From Octopus vulgaris (taxonomy: Eukaryota), in assembly GCA_951406725.2 (NCBI GenBank), contig OX597832.1, forward strand, positions 66,278,001 to 66,342,000: a stretch of 64,000 bases of DNA, read 5' to 3'. The first letter of the stretch is position 1. The number at the start of each line of letters is the position of its first letter. Positions 27,714 to 42,517 of the stretch are shown here, in pieces. Position numbers and translations under genes: made by a program. The notes beneath the pieces are model-generated. The model was not told the origin of the DNA. It was given only the letters and a program-made list of their open reading frames with translations, and searched no databases.

Positions 27714-29964
27714 CACCCACACATACACACACGCGTGTATATATGTACGTATATATGTATTTATGTATGTATGTGTGTTATATTCTATTAATTACGTAGA
27801 CATTTCTCACAAACATTAATGATTCTAGGAGATCTTCCATTGGTGATATGACTGTGGAATTGTTCACAATAACAATTTGAAATATATTGAAAGGAAGTGA
27901 CTGGTAGTTATCAATATTCAGTGAAAATGTGACTATACTGATATTATATTCAATTATTCTCTTCTATCTCTCTCTCTCTCTCTCTGAATCTTTCCGTTTC
28001 TTTCTCTTCATACGTCTCCCTCTCTCTACAGATAGTATTTAATGGATGTGGATGTAACAGGTATAAACTGATAAAAGGCACAAGTAGTTAGTCAGCAAAC
28101 ACAATTTTCTATGCAAGCCATTAGAGATAATGGAAGTTTGGAGTAAATCAAATATTTCGCCGTGTTAGTTTACGATATTAACAATTTAAACCTTATGTTC
28201 TTCTCTCACTTTTTCTCTATCTTTCTCTGCATCACTCTATCAATATAAGTCTCTGTCTAACCGGATGCCTGACTATCTATTTGTCTCTCGCCCTCCCTCT
28301 CTTTGTCTCTCTATATTTTTGTTTACTTCTCTCTCTCCCTCTCTCTTTCACATCATCCCCTCTGTGTCTCTCTGCTTCTACATTTCCATGTTTTAACAGT
28401 CTCACCATCAAAATTTAACCTCTGAGTTAAATTTCATTATAAAGTATTGGATTCACAAAATGATTTTGTGAGTCACAAAGGCGTTCATATCACTACAGGG
28501 CCTGTTGTCTGCTGACAATTATTCTTGCTCAGCAAGATTAATTTCCTCATTAACCGTGAGGTTAATTAAATAATTACAACAAATTTGCTGTATTTTGTTT
28601 TTATTATGTTATTTGTTTCTTTTTCAAAAAGTAACAACATGGCTGTTTTCATTTAAATTTCATTATTAACAACAGAGTTTGTTATGAGCTGTTTATTACT
28701 TTGAATAAGGGATTAAGACAACTTGGTCCCACACAGACGAAACAGTTTTCGCTAAATTATGAATTTATTCATCCAGCCATTCGAGATAAACATTCTGTAG
28801 ATTTGCTCATTCAAAGGGTCATTATATATGGTTGAGGTTAAAAGGTAGACAATAAAGTAACTTCCTGTGGCAGTTGCTCATTGAGCTACGTTAAGAAAGC
28901 CTTCGCAATGAACCGATATTAGCTGGTAATATATGACTAATGATGTAAATGCTTCAATTCTTAATCTGCTCCCGGTCGACATGATCTTTGCTGAATTCCA
29001 TTTCAATATTGCGATACCACATTTATACAAATCTACAACCGGGCAATAATGACTTCCCTGTAGGTTTCTTACGAACAATACGAAGTTTCACTTGATATTA
29101 GAGATTTATATCCACAAATTCAGTAATATATTTGTCATTGTAATATACTTCGTTTAATATATGTTACAATTTGAAATCCTTTATTTATTGATTACAATGT
29201 ACGAACTCAAGCAATATATGTGGAAATAAGTTTAATGAAATTGGAAACTGAACATCACAAAATTAATCCATTGGTCACAATTACAAGATCACACGTGAAA
29301 TACTAATATATAACGTCATTCTTATTATGCCCTTTAGCTATATATCTGGAAGATGCATCAATATTATTTATGCGTATGTTTCAAGCATGCGCTTATACTT
29401 CCATGATAGCAGAAATCCTTGTATTATAAGAACAGGGTGTCATTCAAAGTATGTTACAATATTTTCTTTTTCATTATTGGCAAATTTAGCTCTAAAAATG
29501 ACTGATATTTCAATAAATACGCGCTAAGGTCACACAATATACAATACATATAGCATGGTGTATTAAATACAGTTGTTTATATTGCTCAAGAACCAATATT
29601 TAGAAGAACTGAACGGGAGCTACATTCAGTGTGCACAGCATGTATGACTGAATAGAGATTTCCATATTTGGGTATTGAAATGGAGTGAGCAAAATATTTA
29701 GTTTCGGATATAGTACACTGAAAATTTTTGATGCAGCTCGCTATATTGCAAGTTCAAATCTAACTAGCGATGGACCAAGTCTCTCTCCATTTCGATGTCG
29801 ATAAAATAAATAGAAAAGACCCAATAGAGTTAAAGAAATTGGTTATATAGCCATGCTGGAAAGTGTCACCATGTGCCTGTGCAAAATATCATCTTCTTCT
29901 TCTACCTTCCCCTCCTCCGCCTCCTCTTCATCACCATCACCACCACCATCATCGTCATCATCGT

Positions 29965-30080
29965 ACTTTGCCTTTCAAACCCTCGAGGTCAAAAAAATAA
30001 GTACCAGCTGAGCTATGGCGTTGATGTGATCGACATTTACACTCCCCTAAGATTGCTGGCCTTATGTCCAAATTTGAAGC
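29965..30080 (+). mobile_element. Fragment of the second SINE family between (ATC)/(TCC) triplet repeats
   Basis: ACTTTGCCTTTCA..AAATAAGTACCAG..GATGTGATCGAC..TTGCTGGCCTTATGTCCAAATTTGAA. Confidence 0.65.
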
Positions 30081-31116
30081 CATCCTCCTCCTCCCCTTCC
30101 TCCTCCTCCTCATCATCATATTTGTCATCATCATCATCATCATCATTGTATTTGCTGTTATCGTTATTATCATTATTGTTGCTGCTATTGTTGTTTCTGC
30201 TTCATGTCCTGAAGAGACGGATCTGAACTTTGTACATAAACAAGATGACACTTTATTAACAGTAGTTTTTATAGTCTGTGGGTCGTTTCTAGGAATTCGA
30301 TATACTGGATTACCTAGATTTCAATGTTACCAGGGAGTCAGTTAGTAAACTAATCCATTCTGTTCACGTTTAATCCTCAGAGCTCCCATAATCAAAGGGA
30401 TTAATTTTCCCTTCATAATCCATTGGGGTTTTTCGATCTTCATAACGTATATATATTATCAAAGAAGTGTGTCATAGGTATGTATTAATTTTACGAAATG
30501 CTGTGTATACATTTTACGAAGCTTTTGAAAAATTTCAAATCAGTTTTACTTTCTGTGACTGTATTTGAACTTTTGTATAGAGGAATTAAGAGCTGTTTCT
30601 GCTATAATTTCTATTGGTTAGGGGAGAGAACTCATTCAATTTGCAAAGGTTGAGGGGCTGTAATAGTCCTCAAAATTGTAACTGAAAGATACCCTGACTG
30701 ATATTGTGGTTTTAAATATCGAGGAAATAAATATGTGCTTATGTGCTTACTCTTTTAAGAAGGAAGTGAGTCGAGTAGTAGAGTTGCCCAACAATATATG
30801 TGATGGCAGAATGCAGGTGTTAGCGACTTAGGCAATGGCCAAAGTGTCTAGTCTTGATTCGTCGTCATATTTTCGACAGTTTGCGACTACCATGGAAGAA
30901 CAAAGTAATATATGCTATGGTAACTTTTATGTAAAAAAGTAAAGCAGTCCATGAAGATTCCATGCAACTGCCAGCCATTATGGAGGTGCAATTCACCAAA
31001 GATGTTGATGGAAAAACGATACGACTGGTGGTAGAAAATCAAGTTTTGTTTTTGCTACATCTGCTTAAAATTTTTGTTTTGCTATTACTGAATAGCCAGA
31101 GAAGGTAGAATAATGG

Positions 31117-31208
<92 letters not shown>

Positions 31209-31254
31209 GTATGGATGGATAGATAGATGGATAGATGGATAGATAGATGGATAG

Positions 31255-31291
<37 letters not shown>

Positions 31292-31292
31292 A
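31117..31292 (+). repeat. (GATA)n then (GA)n microsatellite
   Basis: Read directly; similar tracts at 16705-16840 and 22128-22220. Confidence 0.98.
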
Positions 31293-32683
31293 AGAGAGAA
31301 AGAAAAAGAAGAGAAAGAGTCTGAAGGCTTGCAACAACACCGAGGTCAAGAGATATTTCGTCATCTAAAATAGCAAATGTCACAACTCCGAGAATTACCA
31401 AAACTTCTCGCCCCGTCCTCCACAGTGCTAGCATCTGCTGATAAACACGACGGCAAAGAAGAAACTTATTTCAGCCAGCAGCTCTACGTAATCCGCTTCC
31501 GGTGATGATAGGTAAATGGAAGCTCTAAATGTAAGCGGACAGATATGAGGGGGAAGAGAAACAACAAAAAGGAAGGCATGAAGAGGAACTGGAAGAAAAT
31601 TATATGAACAGGGAGAACCCGAAGTGGTAAGTATGTCAGAATTATTGTCCAAACAAGCAGTTAATTTCTCAACGATGTGTATTTGGGATTTACTCCCTAT
31701 ATATTTTATATTTCAACTTCATATTTGGCGTGCCAAATTTTCGACGTTGAAGCAGATTTTAGTGTATCTCAGGAAGGTAACTATGCCAACAATAAACACA
31801 CGCACTGGCTTTTTTTCGCAATTTTTTATACCAGTATTAATAAACTAATGACCAGCTAAGTCATCGGTTGTTCGATTACGCATTCGGATAAACGATCAGT
31901 CATCTAGATTCACCACAACCTTGTCACCGCCAATTGTGACCGCTTTCTACACTACGTTTTTCTGCGTTCTATCATTCTTGGAAAATTGTTGATACGATTC
32001 TGCTCCGGTTCCCTTTTCCCAAACTCACTCAAAAGGCATTGGTCAACTAGAAGACTCCGATGCCGCACAATAGGACTGATCCAGAAACAATTTGGATGCC
32101 ATGAAAATCTTAACCACACAAACATGCCTGTGACTAATAAAAGAATTCCAACAATGTTTCCCGTTCTAATGATCAAGCAGTGATCATCGATATATTCAGG
32201 ATTTGTCCCATTATTATAGAATGTCTTCCGACAGTCTGCATTAAGGTCTTTGCAACAGCTGAAGGGAAAAAGCTTTCTAGAATACAAAGCATCGTCATAT
32301 TAACTTCGAGAAATGGGTGTAAATTTAGTTGATATTTACGAAGTGATGGGACAGGGATGGTGTAATGCATTTTATTACCGTAATATTTCTAATGAGATGA
32401 TCGAAATGTAATGAAATATGTGGATAGTCCTACACTTGCACATACCTACAAACATATATATATATATATATATACATACATACATAAAGACAAACACTGA
32501 CATACACACACACAGACACATGCACACACACACATGCATGCATATACAATACAGCGGAATCATTTAAATCGGTTTAAAACTTTTTACAAATCTAGTTTCA
32601 AATGAAAAATGTAATAAACATTTTATCAGGTATTAAAAAATGTTATTGAATAAAAAGTGTTGAAACTAAAATAACGAACCCGG

Positions 32684-32724
<41 letters not shown>

Positions 32725-32976
32725 CATTTATATACTTACATGGCCGTTTTTAAGTTTGACATATTAAATATATTATATATCAGCACCATGATGGATGAGC
32801 ATCGTTTATTATAAAAAAAAATTAATGGCTACAAATATATGGACAAAAATATTCAAGAAACGCATACGCGTGCTCACATACACACACTCTCGCTCACAGA
32901 TATATTTAACTATCTGTTTATCTGTACGTATGTATGCATGTCTATATGTGTGTGTGAGTGTGTGCGGATACATACA

Positions 32977-33025
<49 letters not shown>

Positions 33026-34554
33026 ATACACACACAAATATTTCGCACTTACCTCTCATATACTTAAATATTTGTGACAGAGCAGCTGAGATGAAAATTA
33101 CTTGATTCCCTCGAGAGAAGCATTTCCTTCTTTAATTACAAGCATCAAGGCCATGATTATGGTGGACACTACGCTTTTAGTCTACTTCGAACACATATTA
33201 ATCATTTTGGAAGATAACTCGTATATAGATGCCATATATATAACTTTCATAATGATTTTCAACGACATCTTCTACGGATGCTTATCGTTAAAATGATGCA
33301 GATCATGAATCTATGACTATTGCACTTTATTAAGTATTACTTAAATATACTTCGATATACTGTGACCTACGGCATCTATGGAAGCTTAGAAAGGTCATCG
33401 TCAGTGTCTATCTAGATACTGTGTTTCGGTTACAATTGTTTTAATGAGATCAGATTTTCCCCATTCACAGCAAAATAAAATTATTTACAGAAAATTTTAA
33501 ATTTCAAAAACGCATCGTTACATTAGAGAACCTTATAGAAATAAAATCTGTTCTAAATGGTGTAGAAGAATGTGAGAAAAATATCTTGTTAAAGACGGAA
33601 AAGGGGAAGTCATAGATTTAAAAATATAATAAAAATAGGAGAAATTATTGATAAAGATTTCCGTTGCCCTGCCTGCTTAACAATAATGCGAATATGGTTC
33701 ATTAATCTATGGTATAGTCCAAACTTTCTTGCCAAGAGAACAAGATGCTATCTTTCATCTTTCCAGTAACTTTGTACCACGGCAAATATGCCCAGTATGT
33801 TCTCAAAACATTATAAGAATTAAAGCAAATGAGAAGAACTTTCCGAAAATCTAATAAAATGAATTGCATGGCAGCCCTTCATTATTAGTACTAATTATCG
33901 AGCGAGCAACACAACTGAGAATATATTACGATTTCAAAATGTTGCCTTCTGTCTTAGATATTCATCTTGAGGATTTGTGTACGGTCTACTATAAATCTGA
34001 TCAACCATAACGTTTTGCATGTAATCTTCATCGAGTTAACCAGACGAAAAACATTTTATATAATGGAACAGCTACTAAATATAAATGTATTTTTTATTCC
34101 TATTTATTTGGTCTAAGGCCAATGGATGACATATATTCTGACGTAGTTTCTTACATAACATTCATAACTCAAACCCTAAGGTTCGTCCTAGAGTCGACCT
34201 GCTAACGTAATTGATAGTCATATTAAGTTTCCGACAACTTCTTCCCATACTCTTTACACTCAACACGAACTTTTCACTACCAAAACTAAAAAAAAAACTA
34301 TCTAAAACATTATACTCCAAACATTAATAGTGGCAACATCTTGAACAGAACCTCATGGAAAGGATGCAAACGAAAGCAACATTGCAAGATATCCAAGCAG
34401 CAGAAACGTATGCCGGAGAGAGGTCTGAATTAAATATACTGCATAAATGGCTGTAATAATAAAACATTGTTGACGTACAATTAACTTTTTTTAGTTGAAT
34501 TGTCTTATATGTATGTGCATGTATGTTTCTGTGCGTAGGTGTCAGCGTGTTTCC

Positions 34555-34585
<31 letters not shown>

Positions 34586-34636
34586 CATATATATATATAT
34601 ACATGTATATATATACATATATATATTTATACATTC

Positions 34637-34668
<32 letters not shown>

Positions 34669-34945
34669 CATACTTCTAATATTTTTCTTTATTATAACAT
34701 TGTATTGTATTATATATTATTGTGTATATACATGTGTGTTTATGTGTGTGTTTTATATCCAGGGTTGAGAGAATAATGTATAGGTTGCTTGTCTATACGT
34801 CTGTGTGAACTGGATGTTATCATTTTTCGATATAATTAAATATACTATCTACTATGCTTATCTGACTTCTAACGTGCGTAGGTGTATGCATATGCAAATG
34901 TGTATGCGCGTGATTATATATATATATGTGTGTGTATGTATTAGA

Positions 34946-34996
<51 letters not shown>

Positions 34997-35327
34997 ACAT
35001 GCATTCATGCATACATATAATATATAATATATAATAGTTATATATATATATGTATGTATGTATGCAAGTATGTATGTATATCAACAAATACACTGAAGCA
35101 TATACGCATAGAGACACCCACTTTTATAAAATGAGGCAGATACAGACACGGGGAAGCGAGGTAGAGAGGGCAAGAGCTCCATTATATATGTGGATATGCA
35201 GGATAGATGTTTCTCTGTATGCACGAATAAGCTTATGTAAGCGTATTATTAAGTTTTATTGAGTTCCAGTTTTAATTAAATCAGTCATAGTCATTCGTTA
35301 ACTTATGTATATATGTATTTATGCGCG

Positions 35328-35420
<93 letters not shown>

Positions 35421-36058
35421 ATTGACGTGTATACGTAAGCACTTTTCCATGTGTGCATCTCTTTCGCTACAAATGATATACGTATATGTTTATATGAATG
35501 TATCTACGTTCTTGTGCAATGCACGTCGATATAATAAGTGTATGCCTACATTTACAGCCCGGTAATTTACTAGAGTGGCTGGAACGAGACATCGAAAAAT
35601 AAACTAATAAATATGTCAATAAATAAATGAAATGAACGAAAAATCAAATATATTAATAAAACACTGAAGTAAATTTCCTGTATATCAACTTCTTTTCGTG
35701 GCAATTTTAGAAATTAAAATTGTCTGTCTACGAGAACTTTGAGTTCGAAGTATAAACAAAGGATTTATTTAACTTCCTAGAAGAATACAATTTTGTAATA
35801 ACACAAGTCAAGTTGTTGCTCTTTTACTGGATTGCTAAATTTATAATATAGTGTTATATACAAACATACACATACACACATATACATATATATGTGTGTA
35901 TATGTATGAATGCATGTGTATATATATGTACACAGACACATATATATATAATGTACATATGTACATGTATGCAATTATATACAAATCTGTGTTGAAATTA
36001 CTCTGTTGGAATATTATTTTGTATTGAAATCTATACATCGGTTTGACAGATGGAGTCT

Positions 36059-36129
<71 letters not shown>

Positions 36130-36185
36130 ATATGTACATACATACATATACATATATATAAGTATATATATATATATGTGTGTGA

Positions 36186-36250
<65 letters not shown>

Positions 36251-36982
36251 CATATGTGCAAATAAATATGTCCGCCAAAGAATCTTTAGTCGTTCAAACA
36301 TAAGGTGATATAAATTACAGCTGACTGGATTTGTAATGGCTTGCCAACAGGAATTCCTTTGCAATGCCATTCTTCTGAGCATTCAGCACGGAATTAATAG
36401 ATTCAGAACAAACATATATTTTCTTGATGAAAATTCGATTTGAATACTTTAACTATTGAAAAATCAACCACAAGAACTTCCAAACATACACACTACATCT
36501 CTCATATATCTATATGATTAGAATTTAACTGCAGCACTTGGTGGCCCAAAGCATCAAACTCTGCATAAGTAGTAGAGAACCACCACACACACACACACAT
36601 ACACACACACACACATATATATTAATGGAACAAAAATGCAATAGAGGACATTAAAACTTTCAGACCAGAGAAACAACAATTAGAACAATACGCAAAATAA
36701 AACGAGTGATTCATGTCTTTCTTTCTTCCGTCAAGTTCCCCAGAAGCCACGGCCATTTCGGGCAGTTACACTTGAGATGGTTCGATCTGCTTTCCCCCGA
36801 AAAAGTCTAAGCTAAGAGCATTAGACCCCTTTTTAAGAAACCTAGAGAATGTGTACGCCACCAAAGACCAAAAAGAAACAAACAAAAAACGAAGGACATG
36901 GTGCACAATTAGGGAAAGTTCACAAACATATATTTAAAGAGTGTAAAAAATAATTTTATACAAATGGGGAAACAATTTACTG

Positions 36983-37513
36983 AACTCCTTACATGCTAAA
37001 AAGGCCAGCTGAAACACAAACTACGAAAAAGAGAATTCATGATGTACACCAATTACAACACTAGAAAAAACAAAGAATGAATTATTTAATCTCGTCAGCG
37101 GAATCACTAGTTAATGAATAATTATGTATTTGCAAATACGTAGCGAAAACACGTACGCAAGACAGCTACTTCTTTATATATTTAATGGTCTGTACTTAGT
37201 GCGCGAGCGTAAGTATATAGTCCAGCAGTAAATACATAAATACATATATAGCATCAGAGTTACAAATATTACTATCGTAAATATATGGGAAATAAAATGA
37301 TTTACTATTAGTGGCTAGCATGCATAAATAAAAGTCATAAGACATAACATATTTTTAAAAATATAAGAGGGTACAGAATATTTCTATACAGAAAGAGGAG
37401 ACCTTTGACAGGACTCCTTACATGCTAAAAAGGCCAGTTAAAACATAAACCACGAAACAGAGAATACAGGAGACATGCTAATTACAACATTAGAAGAACA
37501 AAAGATGAATTAG
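36983..37513 (+). repeat. About 100-bp direct repeat (36983-37085 and 37412-37513)
   Basis: Both copies start ACTCCTTACATGCTAAAAAGGCCAG and end ATGAATTA. Confidence 0.85.
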
Positions 37514-37829
37514 TTAACCCAAAAGAGCAACAGATATATATCTGATGATGATACAGTTCATGATTATCTCAGCGATGAAAGCTCTAAATAAATACATATA
37601 TACAGTGTGCGTGTGTGTGTGTGTATGTGTGTGGTCGCGCTTGTGTATGTGAGTATATGTATTTTCTATGTGTACATTGTGTGAACATTTTTTCGGTAGT
37701 TTTCATTCCTGCTTCTACTGATAATTTCTTATAATATTTTTGCTTACTCCACTGGATGTGGTTATCTTCATCTGCCTGAATACTTGGTGAAATTGATTAA
37801 TAATTAATTAATTTTACCCTCAATTGTTG

Positions 37830-37881
<52 letters not shown>

Positions 37882-40307
37882 CATATATATACATATATAT
37901 ATACATATATATATATACATATATATATATTTATATATACACACATATATATATATACCCTTATATATACACACACACTCACACACAAACACATTCACAC
38001 ACACATATCTACATATTAAGGAGATGTATTGCGTAGCAAGTGACTTAATCTGAGATCCTGTGCGGAAACAAAAACAATTGCAGTGTGGATTGTGTTTATA
38101 AGCCATTTAAAAACACTTAAAAACCATTAGATTCACATCAACATACAGCACGGAATTTTGTCAGTGAACATGTTGCGGTTTCAAAGCGACGAAAAAATTT
38201 TGACAAATTATCTCTGCGTACCTTTGACAGGTTGCTGTAGATTCCTTGTTGAGCTAATCCACTCACGTAAAAATGTTGCTTTATCCTGTCATTGTAACCA
38301 TCCATGCTCCACACACGATTAATCCTAGACAGCTTATCTATAAAACAGAGAGTACTAGATGGTATGACTACCAATAGTTGATCCTTTTCATGTAATCTGA
38401 CATATATTTTCAATATATTGTAACTACTACGGCAAGTACGAAAATCACATTGGTGCATGTTTCTGTCAGTGACACAAAAAGTTATAAGGAATTTAATGCT
38501 ATGGGAATGATAGTGTAGTTATATGAATGTATTCGGGCGTGTGTGATCGAGTAAACTATTTTAATGCATTATTTCTTTGATAATAATTAAGTATACGCAC
38601 CATTCATTTACAAAAAAAAAAAAAAAAATTCAATGAAGTTAGCATTTACATATTTAATGCAAAGAAGATCATGATGGTAATTCAAAGTAATTCTGCAGTG
38701 GCGACGAATCTGTATTTTAGTAGTGAGTAAAATCTGTGCTGTTTAATGAATCAAACATATTAATATGAACTTAACTATTGGTATGTTAAAGAAAAGGGTA
38801 TTTAATTATCATGCTGATGGTGTTTTTATTAATTTAACTCGGTAATTCGTTTTGGAAAAGAGATTATTTATCAAAAGCAACTACTTTCTAATGTTATCAT
38901 GAAATATTTCGGAAAACATTGTCGGCTAAGCTACGCTGAAGAGCTCTGATAAAACTGAAACATATCACGACTTCCGTCTTTCGCTCCGAAATACGTAAAA
39001 TAATAATACTAATCATTGATTGATTCCTTGAAGGGTAGTTGTTGCCTTCACAATGACATTAGGGTGATAACATAGGGAGATCTTGTGCACATATGATATA
39101 AAATATATTGTCGCAAGTAAAATAAATGAATGTCGCAGGAAGGAACACATTTGTGTGTTGTGACATATTTTCCCCGAAATTGTTTCGTTGCGTCCCTCTG
39201 ATTGGGTCATGTTACGAATTTATACACAACTAGCATCAATCGACAAAATTTTACGACTGATTTGAAAATTATAAGCTTGTTGACGCAGCATGTGATCCAC
39301 TCTGGCTGTTTCTCTAACATCTGGTTATTTGAATAAAATTTAATATATTTTTGTCTCAAAGTTATGATTCATTATTTCCATCTTCACCCACAATGTCTAA
39401 TTCAATAAACGAACTGGTAAAATATGCAATAAGAATGAATCCGTCGTGTCGTCATTTCAATGTGACCTTATTGAACCTTCGGCCAAAACCATGCCCACTG
39501 TAAATTTATATCCGGTTATAATACATATGTTTCTTACTGTATCTGTATCGTACTTCTTTTAGTCTTGGTACTGTGACTATACAAGCCGAAAAGTTTACAA
39601 GAGTTCAGCCATTCATACAGATCTTAGTACTTATTTCATGTGTTCAGTTTTTGTCGAAATATTAATTCACAGTAGGAAAGGTGTCAAAAGATAGACATCA
39701 GCGCTTTTTACAACCACCGCGGCCTGTAGGAAATACAAACACGAACAAACACATATGTACATAAAACTTTGCATCATTTCTCTTATGATGGTGCAATATT
39801 AATAAATTTAATATTAAGTCACTCCCATAAGACATGGACGATTAAAATATTATTCCCTTTATGAACTCTGCAGACAATTGAGAAATGAAAAATATTCTGA
39901 ATAGGAATTATTAGAACATTCAAATAAGTCTTTTATCCTCAGGCTTTTCTAACTCACAATAAATAACACGCAACTTTATGCCTACCATCAATATTTTTAT
40001 ATGCCATAATTAAATATATCTAGTGAATAATTAATTTCAATGCTATAGTAAATAAAAGAACGCTAGAAGCAAATATAGAACAGTACGAAATATTCTAAAG
40101 AGGAAAACTCAAGGTAGTCGCTTTACATGCATGAAATAGCTGTTTTATCACTCTGTCAAATTATGCTCTGCTTTCGTAAAAGAGAAATTATAAGGTGTAG
40201 ATATGGCTTATGGATAAGAATTATATCCTGCGGCTCAGCAACATACCATACGCAAGTGTCTTACTATATATTGCTGTTCTTCTAAAATTTGAAACAACTG
40301 TGATAAT

Positions 40308-40596
40308 GATTATTTGCCAACATAACATCTTCCCCAGCTGGTTATACGACACGATCAGTGCCCTTTTATTTTTGAACATGTGAATCTAGCACCCCCACTC
40401 AGATCAAAACAATATATGTGTATCGCGATTTCCGGGTTATTTCCCTTCATCAGCACAGAATAATTGTGGGGGTTCTAGTTTCCCTTGTTCGAAAATATAA
40501 AGACACATGTAGTGTCGTATAGCCAGCTGGAGACAATGTATCCTAGGGCTAAATTACAGCAAAATTCTTCCTGCCATGCTATGTTGGCACATAATC
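40308..40596. repeat. Imperfect long inverted repeat enclosing a hammerhead motif
   Basis: GCCAACATA / TATGTTGGC, CCAGCTGGTTATACGACAC / GTGTCGTATAGCCAGCTGG and CTAGCACCCCCA / TGGGGGTTCTAG. Confidence 0.85.
40417..40457 (-). ncRNA. Minimal type I hammerhead ribozyme motif
   Basis: Minus strand: TGTG-CTGATGA-a-GGG-aaataa-CCC-g-GAAA-TCGCGA-TA-CACA. Confidence 0.7.
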
Positions 40597-41569
40597 TTTA
40601 CTCCAACGTACTGTTGCTGAATATCTCTCGTTTTGAGTTTTATAAATAGTAATGTTCTAACTGTGATAATGTTGATGACTGCACTCGAGCAACACAAGAA
40701 TTAGAACACCTGAGAAGACAAATTCGTTTACCGTCTTTGAGCTCCTTACACTCTTTGATCTAATACCACCAAGGTTATATCCTTTAAGTTTCGATAACAT
40801 ATTGTAACAGTTAAGGATTGGAACAATATACTTAATTAACTCCCTTCATAAAATTGTATAATTTTATCAATATCAGAACAAAATAAATATAATGTCTTAC
40901 TGCGTAATATGCACAAATTCATAGAATAACGTTTAGAACGTGTTTCTCTCTTAACTGTATGGTTTTAGTTGTTAGCATCAAACCTATTTTGTGAAATCCA
41001 CTGACACATTTATTGAACTTCATTGAACATGTCTTATGTGTGTGATTGTACATGTTCATGTGTGTGGCGTGTGCTCCGTCACATGACCTGAAATTTAGAT
41101 TGGTGTCATCACTATGGTCTTCATTTCTTACAAAGTTCATTCGAAGTTTTCATAATGGTTAAAGCTTACAAACTTTCGAAAATGAAATCTCCGAAGGTTT
41201 CGTGAATAAGTTTCTGTAGATATAATATTGACGCAGAATTAATTAATAATCTTGAACATATTGAAGCTTGCATAATAGTAATTTTCCTTTGAATTATCAA
41301 TCTAATAAGATAGTGAGTTCAATATATCGTATATTGTGTTGAACGATGTAAACGTTGGATTGTTAGAATTATGAAAGGTGGAATGACACAATAAAGAGAA
41401 TGCTTACACAAAATACCTATCTTCGTTCTCTTATACCCTCCGGGTTTTGATATATTCCCTTTCATCCTACGGCTCCGATAATATAAATATCTTTGTAGTA
41501 CTGAAATCGTTTCAATACATTGAAATTTTACATAAATCTTCTAGCTTCATCTCATTATTAGAAATCATT

Positions 41570-41712
41570 AAGACGGGGAGGTAGCAGACGCGTTAGCGCG
41601 TCAAAGTAAATGCATATCATGATTTCTTCTGGTTCTTCTCATTCAGTGCTCATTTCCCACCATGTACCAAAACTGCTGGCCTTGTGCCGAAATTGAAAAC
41701 AATTATTATTAT
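41570..41712 (+). mobile_element. Internally deleted copy of the second SINE family
   Basis: GGCAGA-like head GTAGCAGACGCGTTAGCGCG, and tail TGCTGGCCTTGTGCCGAAATTGAAAACAATTATT. Confidence 0.55.
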
Positions 41713-42517
41713 AGATATAAGGATTTATGAACTACAAGGTAAAACACTTGATAAAAACCATTCGGTAAACATCATGGTGACCCTTTTCGCCAGAGATCGT
41801 CTCAGAAATAGTGTGATTTCATATATTTATCGTTATCTATGTTATAAACATTTAAAACAGCCCCAAAATGATTTGTCTTTTTTCATATATGTGAATATAA
41901 AAGACTCATTACAAAAATGTAATGAATGATATTTCAAGTGTCTGCATGAAGACACACATACGCGTGCACACTCATAAATACACACACACACATATATTCT
42001 AATTGAACCGTCCATGTGTTAGCATGGACCTCCTTGCGACAATGTAAACTTCCATATAATCAAGGTATCATTGGCTTGAAGAGTAGCTTGCAGTATGCAC
42101 CTTGCTTCGATATTTACCACTTCCGAGGTATCCCTCACTATGAAATATATGTAGCCCGGATCTTACCGTCTTCATTCCGTTAATCGTGTATAGTTTTTTC
42201 GCATACCCGGCAACCCTCTCCGCCTACCATAAAATCTAAAACAGAAATTTTCCAGTTTCCATACGAAAAAAGTCCCCAACCTTCTGTCTTAATAAAACAC
42301 TATTGTCCCTGAAGTTGTATTTATATCAGGTCATCCCATAAGTTCTATCCGAATTTTTAATAAAGAAAACAATTAATCAAATGTTATGTTTAATTGAAAT
42401 TTAATCATCAATGTACTTTCTCTAATTATCTATGCCTTCCTTCCATCTATTTACGATTTTTTTTTATTCCCATCAATGTAAAACTCTTTTGGTATCAAAG
42501 CGAAGAACTCTGAAGTA

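Noticed and set aside
29873-30345. ORFs with poly-S, poly-I, poly-L and poly-M tracts
   Set aside because: They derive from triplet repeats surrounding a SINE fragment.
30585-30675. Additional partial hammerhead-like matches (also near 33395, 44230, 53900 and 61515)
   Set aside because: Each has two or more core or stem defects and cannot be distinguished from chance by eye.
30830-31420. Possible ancient Tc1-like fragment split by (GATA)n
   Set aside because: Similarity is too weak; no TIR or catalytic motif is visible.
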